Below are positions 27,966 through 43,396 of a stretch of 64,000 bases of DNA, piece by piece (within the stretch, counting starts at the first letter, position 1; every line of letters begins with the position of its first letter). A program made the translations under genes and the position numbers. Location: the IMG/VR virus record IMGVR_UViG_3300021166_000052, positions 133,424 through 197,423 of that record; one strand, written 5' to 3'. The notes beneath the pieces are model-generated. The model was not told the DNA's origin and searched no databases. It saw nothing but the letters and a program-made list of their open reading frames with translations. This DNA comes from a virus. Its lineage: Duplodnaviria > Heunggongvirae > Uroviricota > Caudoviricetes.

Positions 27966-30900
27966 TTATAGTATGTTTGTTATCTATTGTTTATTACCAT
28001 CCCAATTAACATTAATAGGGATATATAAATTATTAAAATCAGGACTAAGATTTTTTGCGTCTAATGTATATATTTTTAGATCAGTTTTAACTAATGATGT
28101 AGTGTCTCCAAATGATGGTCTATTAAATGTTTTGATGTTATAAATAAAGTCAACATCTGCAATAATATCATCGCTATCATTTGTCATTTGAATAGACTTA
28201 AATGTATAATTATTTCTATACAAATTTTGATATATTGCATATTTAGTATCATATAATGTATCCCATTCTAAAGAAAACTCTGATCTATTTTTACAATTTA
28301 TAGTAGGATATATATTCTATTCAATTATATTGTAACCATACTCATAATTCATCATTCTTGCTACATTCTATTTATAAATGGAATCTCCACTCGCACTATT
28401 AACAAAATCAAATGTTATTATAAGTTGATCACGTTCATCTATATTGGAATTATCATAATCAATTTGCTATGTATTAGAATTTATTTTATTTATAGTATAT
28501 CTAGTATTAAGTGATAAACTAGTATTTAAAGATGGATTAAATTCTTTAACTATAGATGTTTCAGCTTTTTTTGAAGTGGAATAGTTAATATAATAAAATT
28601 TATTTATATCCCATATGAATGGGGTGTTTACTGCTGTATTATCAAATAAATCATATTCAAACGAGCTGGGTAAATATCCATTATTATTAGTATTATCTGA
28701 GTAGGTATGAAAATCAACTTCTCTATATACAACTTTATCTTGATCAATTATTTGGATTTTATCATAATCTAATCGTTCAGTAACTAGACCAGTATCATAT
28801 GACCAACCACCATCACTAATGATAGGTATAATTCCTTTGATAATAATATCATATCTAAATTGTACTAAATCAGGTTGATAAAAATCCAATGTCTAACCAA
28901 TAAATGAGTCGTGATGGGTCGTATCATTTTGTTTGGTATAATGAAATCCATCTAAAAGAAAATGGCATGAATTATAAGGATTAGTTACAGTATCGTCCAT
29001 ATATGGTTCATGTAAATACATTGCATTATTACCAATCCCCTCTGCTTGATCTTGTAAGTTAGAATTCCATGGACTGGTTAATTTACTAAAATTAGCGTCT
29101 ATAGGATTTTCAAGATAATACGAGATTGTATTGGCATTATATTTAGTTACCACTTTTGTATCACTTTCACTCATTCTATTTTTAAGACAATATATAAATA
29201 AATTTCTAGCATCACGTAAACAATTTATATTAAATTTTGTCATATATAAATTGTTTTCTGTATTATAATGTGATTGAATATAATTGTTTAAACTATTTAT
29301 TATAAACTTTTTCTTTACACCAAATCTATTAAAATCAGTTGCTATTATGTAATTAGATGAATCATGTTTATTTATATAATCTTGATATGATAAATGTTCA
29401 TCATATATTTCAAATGTATAGTCACCTTTCATTAAAAGTTTTACTTGATCATATATTTCAGTTTTGCTTATATCCATTAAATCTGCGAAAATATCTAATG
29501 TAAAAATACAAAATGTAATATTACTAGAGTCTGGTATATTATTTCCTCTATATGGTTCCATAGAATCTAAAAATGGAAATTCCATTTGTGGAATTTTATA
29601 TGACGTATGTGGAATACTTCCAATTGTAGAAGTATTATCAAAATCATTAAGAACATCATTGTCAACTAAAATGATATCATCAATTATACAATTAGTAATA
29701 TATTTTAAGTTAGGGGATATTTGATCATTATTATCATCAACCCATTTCTATGTACTTGATTGATTAACTCTACTATTAGAACTAAATATAGTTTTACATG
29801 GTATTTTATTAATGTTTACAATGTTAGAAATTCTATCTATAGCAGTATCATATAAATCTTCATTAGGTGGCGTTCCACTGTCCACTAATGTATAAGCTGG
29901 GCTTATATTAAACCCAGTAGTAGAATCAACTTCAGTAGTTAACTAATCAAATGAATTATATTCTTTAATATTACCAAATTTACGAAAATATGGTTGATCT
30001 TTAATAAAAGAAAATTCAGAAATATATCCTTTAAATGAATTTTTAAATAGATATGGATCATTTGTTGAATTTCTAGGATGGCGTTCTAAATAACCCATAC
30101 AAATTGTAGAATCAACCCCAACACAATCAACCACATTTAAATTCTCATTTAATTGAACATAGTCGGTAACGTAATTATCATTCTAATCTAAGTATAATTT
30201 ATTAATATCAAAATTAGTATGAAGTATCATTGATGTATTTTTAATAAAATTATAGTATTGATTCTAATCTGATATATTATTTATTTCTAGTCTAGTCTTG
30301 AATGCCATTTTAGTATAATCTTCATCCTAAGCATCACTACTAGTAGTAAAAGTATATTCGCCTATTGGTAAGTTTTTATATATGCGATATTTACCAATTT
30401 CATCAGATGGGTAATAGCGTTGATATGTTTCTATGTTGCGTAATTCCTAATAAGGTTCATCCTATTGATCTACGCCACTAATTGCAACAGAACCTTCATT
30501 CCAATCAACTGTAGTAGATCCACCATTGGTTGTGGTTTCAACACCAACAATTTTTGCTTTTTCATCCAACACCAATTCTTGTACTATATCTTGAACTGTA
30601 GGATTCGTAAAATATAAAATTTTATTAGTATTATTATTATTGAATTCAATATTGTATTCAGTATTTAATTCAATATTTACTTCTTCGGTATCACCGCTTA
30701 TAAAATTAGGTAATTCTTTTATATTAGATGTTTCCATGAATGCTTTTTTATTACTAATGGTATTTAATATAGTGGGTTCATAATATGAAAAAATAGAAAA
30801 ATGATCCAATACTAAATGCATTATATAAATATCATCATTACGTGTTAATATTATATGATACTATCTATGTTTTTGTTTATCAATATCTGGTAAATCAATT

Positions 30901-31376
30901 GTACAATGTACTTTAGCTGGTTGTGAAGTAGCGTCATTTATAACCTAATGTATTTTATTACCATGAATAAATAATGCGAAACAGTTATAAAATTCACATG
31001 CATCTAATGATGTACTATCGAATTTACAAGTATCACCTAAACTTATAAGGGGATAAAAATCAGTAGTCGTATCTTTCTACTAATCAAACGCATCCAAATT
31101 TAAATAATAGGGATCATCTACACTTGTAAATGTAGATGGACATTTAACACCAAAAGATTGCTCAAAGTGTGACCCAGTAGAATCGGTTGCATCAAATGTA
31201 TATGGGCTGATAGGATGAAACGATACTACAAATGTAAAATTTTTATCTAATAGAGATAATTCATCTAAATTAGTATTTACTATACTTATTTTTCGTTTGG
31301 GTTTATATTTAAACAATTCATTTAAATTACATGCCCAAACCGCTTTATCGCGCTCTAAAAAATTTTCAATATCCAT
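27966..31376 (-). CDS. LamG/concanavalin-A-like domain tail protein, 1136 aa (multiple TAG)
   Basis: Six ORF pieces in one frame. LamG hallmarks NFTFVVSF, R*YHIILTR and FKGYISEFSF; tandem TAG-TAG at 31077-31082. Confidence 0.7.
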
Positions 31377-31394
31377 TATTTTATTAACCTAAAA

Positions 31395-34310
31395 TTATGC
31401 CCATCTTTTACTAAATAAACTATATGATCTACCATATATTCCATTATTATCACTTTGCATATATTCCACTACATCCCCGGTATACATAGATATTGTTGAA
31501 TATGATCCAGTTCCCATGTTTGTAAATGATCCCGCTCCATTCTTTTTATAATTTTTAGTAGCATTGGGGGTTCCATCACCTCGTCCTTGATTATTTCTAT
31601 ATAAATACCATGTAGAATATCCGGGATAATTATTTGAAAGTGTTCCCGGCATTAGTGATTGAGTATGATAATTTAATGGCGCTGACACTACCGATGATGC
31701 ATAATCGAGGCTCGCCCCTACACAGGAAAATTCAGTTCTTTCGTTTGGTCTTAAATATGATGACAAGAAGCCGTTTTGGAATTGTATCATAGCAACACTG
31801 GCTCCTGTATAAATTCTAAAATTTAAACCGGTATCAGGGTGGGTTATGTTAGATTGTGGAAAACTAGCATAACTTGGTTGGTGATGTATATGAACAAACC
31901 CCTCTGCTGAATTAGTATCCTAATCTGATCGAAATGCATAAGCTGGACGACAAGTTGAATCACACGTTATTGTATATACACCAGATACATCATCTCTTGA
32001 TACAATAGGAGCATTACAAATTCCCGATACAGTTTTAAAATATACACTATTAACAGGTGTTTGTGCTATTGATGTATCATCTGGTACTACATAATACTCT
32101 ACTTTATAATTTGTATTTATATCAAAACCAAAAACATGAATTATATCACCAATATTCAAATCTTGAACAGTTGTATAATCTGGTATTGTAGTGGAATCTT
32201 TTGGATATACTCTAAAATTTAAATCACATAATGTGTTCGTTGTATCGGCTACGAATTTAGACATGGTAAATTCAATATCACCATATGTGTTCATATTTTT
32301 ATCATATGAAACATTTGGTAATTGTGCTTGTGGTAAAGTATTTGTCTAGTTTAATATAGCAGACTGTTTAGAAGAACACCCATAATAACGTTGTGGTGCC
32401 ATACTATCCCCAATCAATCTAACCTATTCTATAGTCGCAGTTGAAGTTCCGTCCGGTCCCCAATCACCAATAAATTTATTTTTAGTACGATCTTTTAAAA
32501 CCCAAACATTTTTATCTTTAATTGGGCTAAACTATACATTTACAGAAATGGTTGACATCGTAGATGCATCTATAGTGGTAGAATCTAATACATGGATATA
32601 AATTCTCTAGTTATCATATCCATATGGATCAATCTAATGGTGTTTAGATTCTCTTATTTCTAATGGTACACCCGGTTCAACTATTTCATTTACAACTGCT
32701 TTATCAGACTATTCATCAGTTTCCTAAGTTATATAATTTCCACAATTCATAGGAGGTACAAGTAATATTCGTATTTTATGATTAGTTTCAACTCTCATCA
32801 TAAATGGTTTTGCTTCATTGGTATTATATTTATATATAGATCCTAATCTATTAAATCCAAAATATGCTTGCCCTACAAATCCATATGTATTCCATGTATC
32901 AAATGTAAAAATCAATTTCCTCTATTCATATAAATATGAATTATTATAATTACTAATATTATATGACATAACACTACTACTTGTGTAATCATCAAACTCT
33001 ATAATATTTAAATAGTATGGAGCAATAATTGCGTCATACCCATATTGAATATAATATGTATTTGTAGTATTAGCGTAATCTTGTGTGGAAAATTTATATA
33101 ATAACCAATCTACATAGAACTCATTTTTTTCTTTTGTAGTATTTTTATTATAAAATTTTAACTAAATAGAATCATTATCATATGGTTCTAATGATCTAGT
33201 TTCTATAAATTTATTATTATTATTAATAAATACGCTAGTAACATCTGTTTTTAATAATGGACCTCTATCATCAGGATTCTATGTATCAAGATTTGTCATA
33301 TTATCTAATGCAGTTGTTATTTGTGATACAATTTTATAGCTATATGTTGATGTTACTGTTAAATTACTTGTTCTATAATCTTGAAAAAAAATAGGCTAAT
33401 CCTAACTAGTTTGATCACTATCCCATGGTTTCATATATGATACAAATAATTGTCTATTTATTCCACTAAAACATGGGAGAGAAGTACCGCTCTCGTATAA
33501 ATAAGCGGAACCTTCCTATGTAGAAGATATAGCAGAATCAGTTTGGGTTGGTTTATGAATTGGAGCGATGCAATCTAAATGATTTACAGTGTAAACATTT
33601 GAATATGTTTCTGACATCTTGTTGTTATTTTGATCCAATAGATATAAATCTATTACATGTATCATTTTATATTTTCTATCATTATCAATTAAAAGATCAA
33701 AGTTAAAATCAGATGAATTATATGGAATACTAAATATCTCAGTTTTACTATATTCATATGCCATATCAGATACTAATCCTTTATTGTGTATACCTATCGT
33801 TTTTTCTAATATAACATTATAGTCGGTTGGTATAGTCGTACCATTTATACCATTATATGCAATATATCCACTCAGTATACTATTGGTTGCATCAGGTGTT
33901 ACGAAAAAACCTTCCAATGATAAGTTATGTAAGAAATTTAAATTTATAGATTTAGTAAATATAGATCCTATCTGATTTTTATTAGAATCAATTAAATGCG
34001 CTTGAAATTCAATACTACCGGTTGTATCATTATCTAAATATATAGTATAATCATACTATGAATATACAGTCATATCAATATCAATTCCATCTATTATAAT
34101 AAATTCAGTTTCGGTGGTATCATGATTTTCAATATAATCCCATCTGTTTAGTATAGGATTATATATCGCCATCCCATATAAATTTGATAAATTTAAAAAT
34201 TTTAAATTGAATGACTAATTACATGTGATATCCGAATTAGTGACATCAGAAATTATATTAGTTTGTGGATAAATTAGAATATCATAGGTATAGTTGATAT
34301 TATCTGACAT
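31395..34310 (-). CDS. Large tail/receptor-binding-type protein, 971 aa (multiple TAG)
   Basis: ATG 34310 with AAGAAGGA SD; single frame to TAA 31395; beta-rich, with a TIE*VRL lectin-like motif. Confidence 0.7.
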
Positions 34311-34342
34311 ATAGTATTTCCTTCTTTTTATTTATAAATTAA

Positions 34343-35527
34343 TTATAATTCTACAACTTCACTATAACCACTAAATTCAACAAGAAATTCGTTCATGGTA
34401 TTATTATCCATTGTTGCGTATTTTGATATATCATTATTATGTTTAGAACATGAATGATTATGTTGATTTATTTTTACATGGCGTAATCCGTTATAATTTC
34501 TAAAATTAACTACAGAGTTGTATACCATATCATCATAGATAAAAGAATCATTTGTATAAATATATCTGGGTGGGGGAACATTTTGTCTTATTATATAATA
34601 ATCTTCGTTTTCAATAATAACAGTCGAGTCATTATCTAGTAATATATTATTATAATTATTTATATTAGTATCAAGTAGTATAAATGAGTTAATATGTTGA
34701 TAAATGTTTATATTTTCTTCATCATCAACTATAGTAGTATCCTCTATTACATAATCTGTTTTTAAAACATCCCATGTAATATCGGTACTAGGTGGTCTAT
34801 TAGAAGAGGTCGGATCATATATAAATGAATTAGTAGGTCTGACACCAACTAAACTATTATCAAAAATAATTGAGCATTTGACATTTTTATTTAAATTAGG
34901 GAGGCCAATTTGATTTAGTGTCATTAAATCAAACGGTTGATTATATTCATAATTAGTTGTATCTGCTAAAGTTTTCTATACATTAGTAGCGAAATTAAAT
35001 AATTCAAATTGATACCGTATAGATTCAATTGGGAATATTACATATTCATTATATGTTGCATAATATGTTTTACAGGCCCCATAAAAATCCAATTTAATAA
35101 AATCTGTATGGGTAATAGTTGTGTCAGTATATGGTAATGAAAATGTGATAGTTGTTTGATCTAATGGTAGTTTGATTGCAATTGAATGAGTGGTTGGGTC
35201 ATCATCTTGATTCAGTATATATAAATTATCAAGTTTATATGGAGTATAATCAACTAACGTTGTACTGGATGAACTATTAGGTTTTGTAAAAATATAATCA
35301 TTTTTTTGTTTAAAAACTATTTGATGTGTTTCACCTTTCAGTTTTAAATCCATGTCGAAATATGCAGATACATTATCATATTCTATAGGCTCTGTACTAG
35401 GCCCATAATAAGTTTCGGGTTGACCCATATTAGCTTTAACTGATAATATATTAGTAGGGGTAGAAACACTTTTAATAGAATCCTACGTCAATTGTTTAAT
35501 TATTTCATTTAACGTTAAATTTTTCAT
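34343..35527 (-). CDS. Hypothetical structural protein, 394 aa (2 TAG)
   Basis: ATG 35527 lies immediately after the upstream TAA; in-frame pieces are joined through TAG. Confidence 0.7.
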
Positions 35528-35528
35528 A

Positions 35529-38500
35529 TTAACACCAAAACCCAGATTTTTTTGTTATTATATTTTCAACTTTATTTACAGTAATTTTTTTATTACCAAA
35601 CCACGATTTACAGTAATTTACTATGTCGGTTATTTTAACAAAATTATCAACAGTTTCGAACTCGACTGAAAGGATATCATTTATATACACAGACACGGTT
35701 CCATATTTTTTTATAAATTTTAAATTTATCGCACTTCTACTAATATTATAAATATATGATCCAGTGTCCATATATTTATAATTCCACTTTCCAACATCAG
35801 CTTTACCATTTTTTCGTTTTTCAGTGAATATTTGAGTTAGAATATCATGTCTATGTTCTTGAAAATATGAAATTTCATTTGATGATAATTGATAATCAAA
35901 ATCAATTAAATGATTGAATTTACAATTCGCGGTATATTGTTCTAATTCATAAAAATTTCCATAATCATTGATAGTTGGTGTCATATATATAACGCTGGTT
36001 TTTCGTGACATATAATCAGTATTATGTACTTTAGGTTCATTCATAGGATATGTAAATATAACGGGCTGGCCACCCCCTGCATCAAATTCTGTTCTCGATG
36101 ATACTACATCCAACCCAGTGGTTTCTGTTCCATCCTAATAAGTTTTTTCCATGCTAGTGGTTGTAGCATCCGTATATTTATTAAATATATAAAATAGTTG
36201 ATGATTATTAGCAGTTCCATATGGATCATATGATGTTTTATCTTCTTCAAAAAATCTCTAAACATCATAACCATTGCAATTTTGAATATTAAATAATGCC
36301 ACCCCGTCATTTGATGTAGGCGGTCTAACTGATAAACCAGTATAGCAATAATCATCAACTACTGTAAGCATCGCACAATAATTTAAACCATATCGAGCCA
36401 TATACATACCATATTGATCATCCCACCAAACATCACGAATATCTACCGAGTATGACATTGGTAAATCGCATACAAATGTATGACTTTCTCTAGTAGCAGG
36501 CTATATTTCTAATGATTCATTGGTTGTGTAATTATCATTAGAAGTATATCTAATGATGTTATATGCATGGCACGGTACATTATTAGCGTCAGCATGATTA
36601 AATGGATATTGACTTCTCTAACGCGGTAAAAAGTAATAATTAGAATTTTGTTCCATTAAATTATAGAATGTGTTCGCACTACCAATGCCGTAAAAGTTAT
36701 GCTGAGTTTCACCATCAGGATAATCATACTAGGTTGAAATCTATGATTTACATTTATGGGGTAAATTTCCTAATGTATAGAAATTTTTAATAGCGGTCAA
36801 ATACAATGAATACACATTGTTTGTTTTACCAGTAATATCAATATGTGAAATATAATAATAATCAGATGTTTTAATATGAACATCTATAAAATCATAATCA
36901 GTTATGCTACTGAATACATTTATATTATTTATATTTGGGCTGATGGTTGAATCTGTTAAAGATATATTGATATTAACTAATTCATCATTTCCAATTGTCA
37001 AATCTGTTAATATGAGTTCAGTATTATATGATGTAGCATCATCTAATGTAGATGTTATTAGTATTTCTGTACCATCTGTTATAGCGTTTGTGTTGGTAAA
37101 ATCTATAGTGTTTGATATTTGAAGATTTGTGACTGATACTATTTCATTTTTAGAATAATCCAATTCAGCACTAGTTAAATCAGTTACTATATATTGTACA
37201 TGTGTCAACGCATTATATTTTGTATCACTTAAATACTCAGTGTCAACCGTGCAAACAATTTTAAATGTATTTGCAGTATCAACATTTAGATTATATAATT
37301 TATAATTTACTGAAGTTGTATCTATAATTAAACCATCTTCATCTATGAAATAATCAATTTTGAAATTAGAAATTTGATTAGTGTGGTCGGTCGCTGTGTT
37401 TATAGTATCAATCACTGATATCATATTATAATCAATAGTGAATTGAGTATTTTCATTATATACTGCATTTAGTTTTTTATTAATGCTATTTTGTATAGCT
37501 ACGATACCATCTATATAGTTAACATTATTATCAGTAAAATCACTAAATGTGATTTCATCATATTTAAAATTAGTATCTAATATATCTATAAAATTATTCT
37601 TTAATTCAGTAAGTGAGTTAAATGTATAACCATTCTATGTGATATAATATTTATTATTAGAATTTAAAAATTTAATAAATTTATTATTTTTTATTAAACT
37701 ATTGATTTCATTTAAATTTACATTAAATTCAAATGAAAATCTATCCCAATTTAAATCATATTCAACTGGATCGATTTTTATAACTATTTCATTTGATGAA
37801 TCATATGAAATATTTTTTAAACCACCATTAATATCTCCTATATTATTGGTTATATGTAATATATATGGATCTTCTGTCAATTCTCTAAATGAAATAAATG
37901 ATTGTAATTTATAATATGAGCTATTTGCACTCTCTGATATTAAAATCGCATCACTATCTTCGATTATAACATTACTAGGATTATCAATTCTTAAAATAGA
38001 ATTTTCGTTTTTATTAACATAATATCCAGTGGTTTCTGTGTTATCACTAATTGTTTTTAAATAAGTGTCATTTGTTGTTATATCCGATGTTATAATTAGT
38101 GATTTACGGGGAATAATAATAAATCCATCAAATTCATAATATAGAGGTTGTGGCATGGGTAATAAATTTACATACGTAGAGGTGTACTATATATACTATG
38201 GAGTATCAACACTGGACCCATATAATTCTCGTCCTCGTTGATACTCCCTATCATCTATGATGGTAGTTGTATAATTATCAGTTGTTCCTTGTCTATATTG
38301 CTCTAGTTCAGAAAATATATAATTACCAACTTTTATAATTCTGGTATAGTTTTTTAATTTACCATTTTTATAAGTTATTAAATTTTCTATTTGTTTTAGA
38401 TTGTAGAAAACACCAGTATCCTAACTTAAATTACATTCATATAAAATATAATCTTTAACAATTTGAAAAATGTTATCAGTTACCTATTGTATAGATGTTA

Positions 38501-39359
38501 CTCCAAATTTTTGATAGGTGGTACATACTCCATTATTATGTATATCTAATTTCATATTATAATCGCCAACATAATCACAATATGGAATCGCTATATAATT
38601 TTGATCAGTTGGGTGTAATATAAAGTGATCAAAAATTTCAGAACTATAACGCTTTGTTATAACAATAGAATTTATAAAATTATCAGTGCTATAACAAAAT
38701 GCATTGGAACTAGTGTAATCTTTCTAAAAATAATTACTATCAAATGAATGAGTTCCGTTCATATCATCTGCCATAGCATAATACTATACAAATTTTATAT
38801 CAACGTGGTCTACACTATTTTGCATATATCCATTATGAGGCCATTTATATTTTTTATTTAACTATACATTACTAACATTATTCTGTGTATATTCAATCTC
38901 TGCTCTAAAAATATTTTTAAAATTATATGATCTTATATAACTACTATTAGTAGTTATACCCGTAACACCTACCACATTTATTCCATCTAAAATTAAATTT
39001 TGTTTAGTTTCCAAATTTATTGGGAAATATATATAACCATTAGCATGTACAATATCAACGAAATTTAATTTATTATCTTCAATCAAAAATACAATGAACG
39101 ATGGGTTGGTTGCATAAAAGGCCATTTGAAGATTTGATAAAAATGGTTTCATGAAACCTGCTAATTGTGAATCAACAGTGAACCCTAGACGACAGTGAAT
39201 TAACATCTAATATTTATTATTAACTGTATTATAATGAGGATTGTTTTCGTTGTATATAGTAGGGACCATTAGTAAACTAGTGGTTTTTTCAAAAACTTGT
39301 TCTTGGGTAAAATTGGTAAAGTCGGTTATATTTTTCAATTTAGATACATGAGGGATCAT
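35529..39359 (-). CDS. Large structural protein, 1276 aa (multiple TAG)
   Basis: Five ORF pieces in one frame from ATG 39359 to TAA 35529; gaps contain only TAG. Confidence 0.7.
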
Positions 39360-39430
39360 TGGGCAAACCTAATTTATTTTAGAAAATTAATTTAATAAAT
39401 TAATTTAAATAATGTATTAGGTACTATTTA

Positions 39431-40717
39431 ATGGAAAATTTTTCACTGTCGTATATAACAAATAAATTTGTTTTAAGTAATTATGATAATAATTAGCCTA
39501 CTCTTGATAGATTAGCAGATGATATTTTTATAACAACTATAGTCTCTAAATTTACATATCATCCAACTGATAATACAAACTTTGTTGCAGAAGATGTATT
39601 CCCTACAAAAGTAGGATCAACTGACACAACTGCCATTTATATAAATAGTTCAATCACTTTTAATTCTACAGATTATTCAGATTATATAAAAAAATTCGAT
39701 TATAAAAATACATTTTCAAAAACATTTACTAAAACTAATAGAATAATAAATTTAGATTATATATTTAAATCTATTGATCTTAGTAACTAGAAAACTGATA
39801 TAATGTCGGATAAATATCGATTAAATAAAAAGAAAATTGAGTCATTTTTAATTAAAAATGATGCTATGCAATTAGTAACTTTAACTAATTTAGATAGTGA
39901 TATATTTATGGATGATGATATGGTTATCGATGATTCCACCCATGTATTTATGTGGCCTAATTATAATTCATACCAAGAAAATATAGAATTTCCTAAACCT
40001 TTCATAGGTACACAAAAGCGTATTGATTGTTATTTAACTTTCAATCCACTCGGCCCACGATCTTCGTTTAATGGGGATGCTGTATATAGAGATATTATAT
40101 TCACTCCAAATTTAAGTGGATAGTATTCACTTACCCCCACCCATAATTACACTAGTATATATTCTACTGATATATTTCAGGGATAGATAGCTGCATAGGA
40201 CAATGTATCTATTAAAGTATATCCTGACGCAAATAATATGGGTAGCTATTTAACTGGAGGTGATTTACATGAAACTATATACAATAGACATGTTTATTTA
40301 AATGCATACCAACCTGCTAGAATTCATTATATACATTCTAGGTATGGCACTGGTAATACTGGTGAATTGACAAATACTAATTTTATTGAACATTTACAAA
40401 TTGCTTATGCAGATGTTAATGAAACCATTAATTTAACCGAATGCTCAATTATTTTCGAGAATTCTACAGGAGAACCCATTATTGATTTTATATATAATGG
40501 AGAAACTTATCTTATTGAACCTATAAAGGAAAAATTAATAGTTCAGATTTTAAATATACAAAAGCAACTAATATTATTTAATACCAAACAAATAATATTC
40601 ACGGAATATGAAAAACATGCAATAAATAAATATTGTCTTGTTAAATTTAAATTTGTAAATTCATTATATGCATCATTAACAAAAACAATATATAAATCAT
40701 TAGAAATAAAGGATTAA
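39431..40717 (+). CDS. Hypothetical structural protein, 428 aa (5 TAG)
   Basis: ATG 39431, divergent from 39359; TAG-only interruptions. Confidence 0.7.
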
Positions 40718-40719
40718 AA

Positions 40720-43347
40720 ATGAATACATTATTATATCTTACTTACGTACCCGATACAACATCAGAATTTTCTAAATATTTATATTTTGATTTTGGTGAT
40801 TATTTATCTGGGGTTCATACATCTCAAACTAACTATGTTGATATTTATAGAATACATTCATATAGTCAACCAGAGATATAGAATGAAAATACAAATGAAT
40901 AGGTGGATGCACCACTTCAACATTTATACAATGACACTTAGTATGTACTTCCTGCTTATGATGAGTATGGTGGTGTAGATGATAATACAGAAACCACTAA
41001 TATGTGTTATTTTACATTACTTGCTCCATCAACTATATATTTCACACAAGAAATGATGAGTGAAGATCACGATGATTCTTTTCAAATATCAATAGCTAAG
41101 GCCAGTGATAGTTCAAATACAGAAGCCGAAACAACTATATAGTCTAGCGGAGCTTATATAAAAACAGATTTAATTCATGCTGATCTCGAAGCGGGCCTAT
41201 ATCGTATAGACTTTTTATACTATGGAGATGCTATGTATAAAAGTAAATTCAAATTTACTGCGCCGGGTGGCATGGGGATTCCTGAAGATAATAGTAGTGA
41301 TAATACTAATTTAATGCCTATTAAAGAGACTGTTTAGAATGATTTTTTAGTATCAGGAAAGCAATTACATGTAATGTATGATAATACTCAACATGAATTA
41401 CAATATTTTATAGAATATGTTTCGATATTAGGTTCTAAATATTATAATATATATTATGCATATATAAAATTTCCCGATAATGTTCCGATGACAGAGGGCG
41501 CTCTATATCCAGTAATTGTTAGTGATCTTAATAAAAATATACCATTAGAACTAGATCTAATAACCGAACTAAATAATTTTACTGATGAAAATGAGTACAA
41601 TACATGTTCACTAGGAGCTATAAACTTAATAACAGGGGAAGTTTCACTAGCAGACGCGCAACAATATGTTCAATATAAAAATAAACATGTTTATTATAAT
41701 TAGGATTGCTTAAAACAAATATTATTTACTCACAATCAATATAATCATTTTCAGTTTAATAAATTGATATCTTATTGTGATGTTTATTATGATTCTACAT
41801 TAATAAGAGAACACCTTGAAATTGGTGATATTTATTAGCCTAAATATAATTTATATTTATGTTCATTATATGATACATCTAAAATCTATTATAATTTATA
41901 TTTTGAGCAACCATATAATCCCCGTTTTGGTATTACTAATAAACAAACACAATATCTTCTGGAGTTTATTGACGATGGTGTAATACCATTTTCAAATGCG
42001 ATAGTTGCTATAAATAGTGGACAATTGGCGAAATGGAATCATATAATGTATAATTATAATATATCACCAACTGAAATTTCAAGCGCAAATTTATTTTAGC
42101 AGACACCTTTTAGATGGTATTATGATTTAATCGATTATTCTCAAATAGCTAATAGTGCCACATTAGTAACAACATTTACCGGTTTTGATTATAGTGATAT
42201 TGGATATAATTATAATAAAGCTAAAGAATATATATTTTCAGAAAATGGTTATTTTAATAAACCCAATAGTAGAGTATAGACACTTGTTCAATTCATAGAC
42301 GAAGATAATACATCAGAGCTATCAAAATCTACATATTTATTTGATTTATTTTTTGATGGAACAAATATTAGTGTCAATGATTATATTGGGTTGCCGATAA
42401 ATTTAATTGGTACTGAAATAAGTGATGTTGTTTATTATAATGATAATAAATGGTATATTGAACTTTTAAAAGATAATTTATTATATAGTGTATTGGTTGA
42501 TATAACCAATAATACATATCATTATCAAGGCAATGTTAATTATTTAGATATCAATGGTATAAGCATCACTGGTTTAAAATATTATCCAGTATTATCAAAA
42601 AAAGATAACATAATAACACTTAATAAATTACCAGTTGATATGGTATATCAAACTGAATACCAAACAGAAGTAGATCTAACGAAAAAAACAAAACTATATA
42701 ATTATGATATGTTGCAGGTTCTTTATAATGGTTCATCTTACTTAAATCTAGCAGAAGATGTAATATGTCCATATACAAATATATCAACATTTAATAATAA
42801 TGGTTGGTTATATATTGAATTAAATCCAGATGTATAGTTGCATAATAAAAACAATAAAACATTAGTTAATTTATGTGAACATAATTCAACGTTTTTAAAT
42901 TTTAATAATTCTTCGAATTTTTATGAAGGCCCCGTTGATATGGTTAAATATGGTAACAATTTTATATCAATGTCACATTTTAATTCAGATGAAATTATTG
43001 CAGAAAATAACTAGAGAGTTGATGGTACGGTAGCAACTCCTATAATAGCATATGATTCATATGACTCAAATAAATAGTTTTCTGATTTATCTATAATGGA
43101 ACAACAAATCCCAATAATTAATGAAGTTTACCTATTGTTAACTATCAAGGAAGATGCAACTGAACTTATAAATAGTAATTATCCATATGATATTATGATT
43201 TAGAAAAAAACCAATGAACTAACATTTACATTACCAATGATAATCAATAATATGAGTGTAAGTATGCTAAATAAATATTATACCGTTAAACGATTTATTA
43301 TGAAAAGGCCCACCACTCAACTTAGTAAAGTGGTTGAACGATTATAA
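40720..43347 (+). CDS. Large structural protein, 875 aa (multiple TAG)
   Basis: AAGGA SD, ATG 40720; the ORF pieces at 41374 and 42391 are in frame; EI*NENTNE*VD motif; ends at TAA just before the terminator hairpin. Confidence 0.68.
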
Positions 43348-43378
43348 AAAAACGGGGTTCCTTTCGGTTCCCCGTTTC
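43345..43378 (-). terminator. Intrinsic terminator between convergent genes
   Basis: AAACGGGG...CCCCGTTT stem followed by a T-run on the minus strand, downstream of the helicase stop. Confidence 0.75.
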
Positions 43379-43396
43379 CATAAATTTAAGCTACCG

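Noticed and set aside
217..43347. Mass pseudogenisation or hypermutation of the structural genes
   Set aside because: Random decay would also give TAA, TGA and frameshifts. Only TAG is seen, gene tiling is intact, and the replication genes are unaffected.
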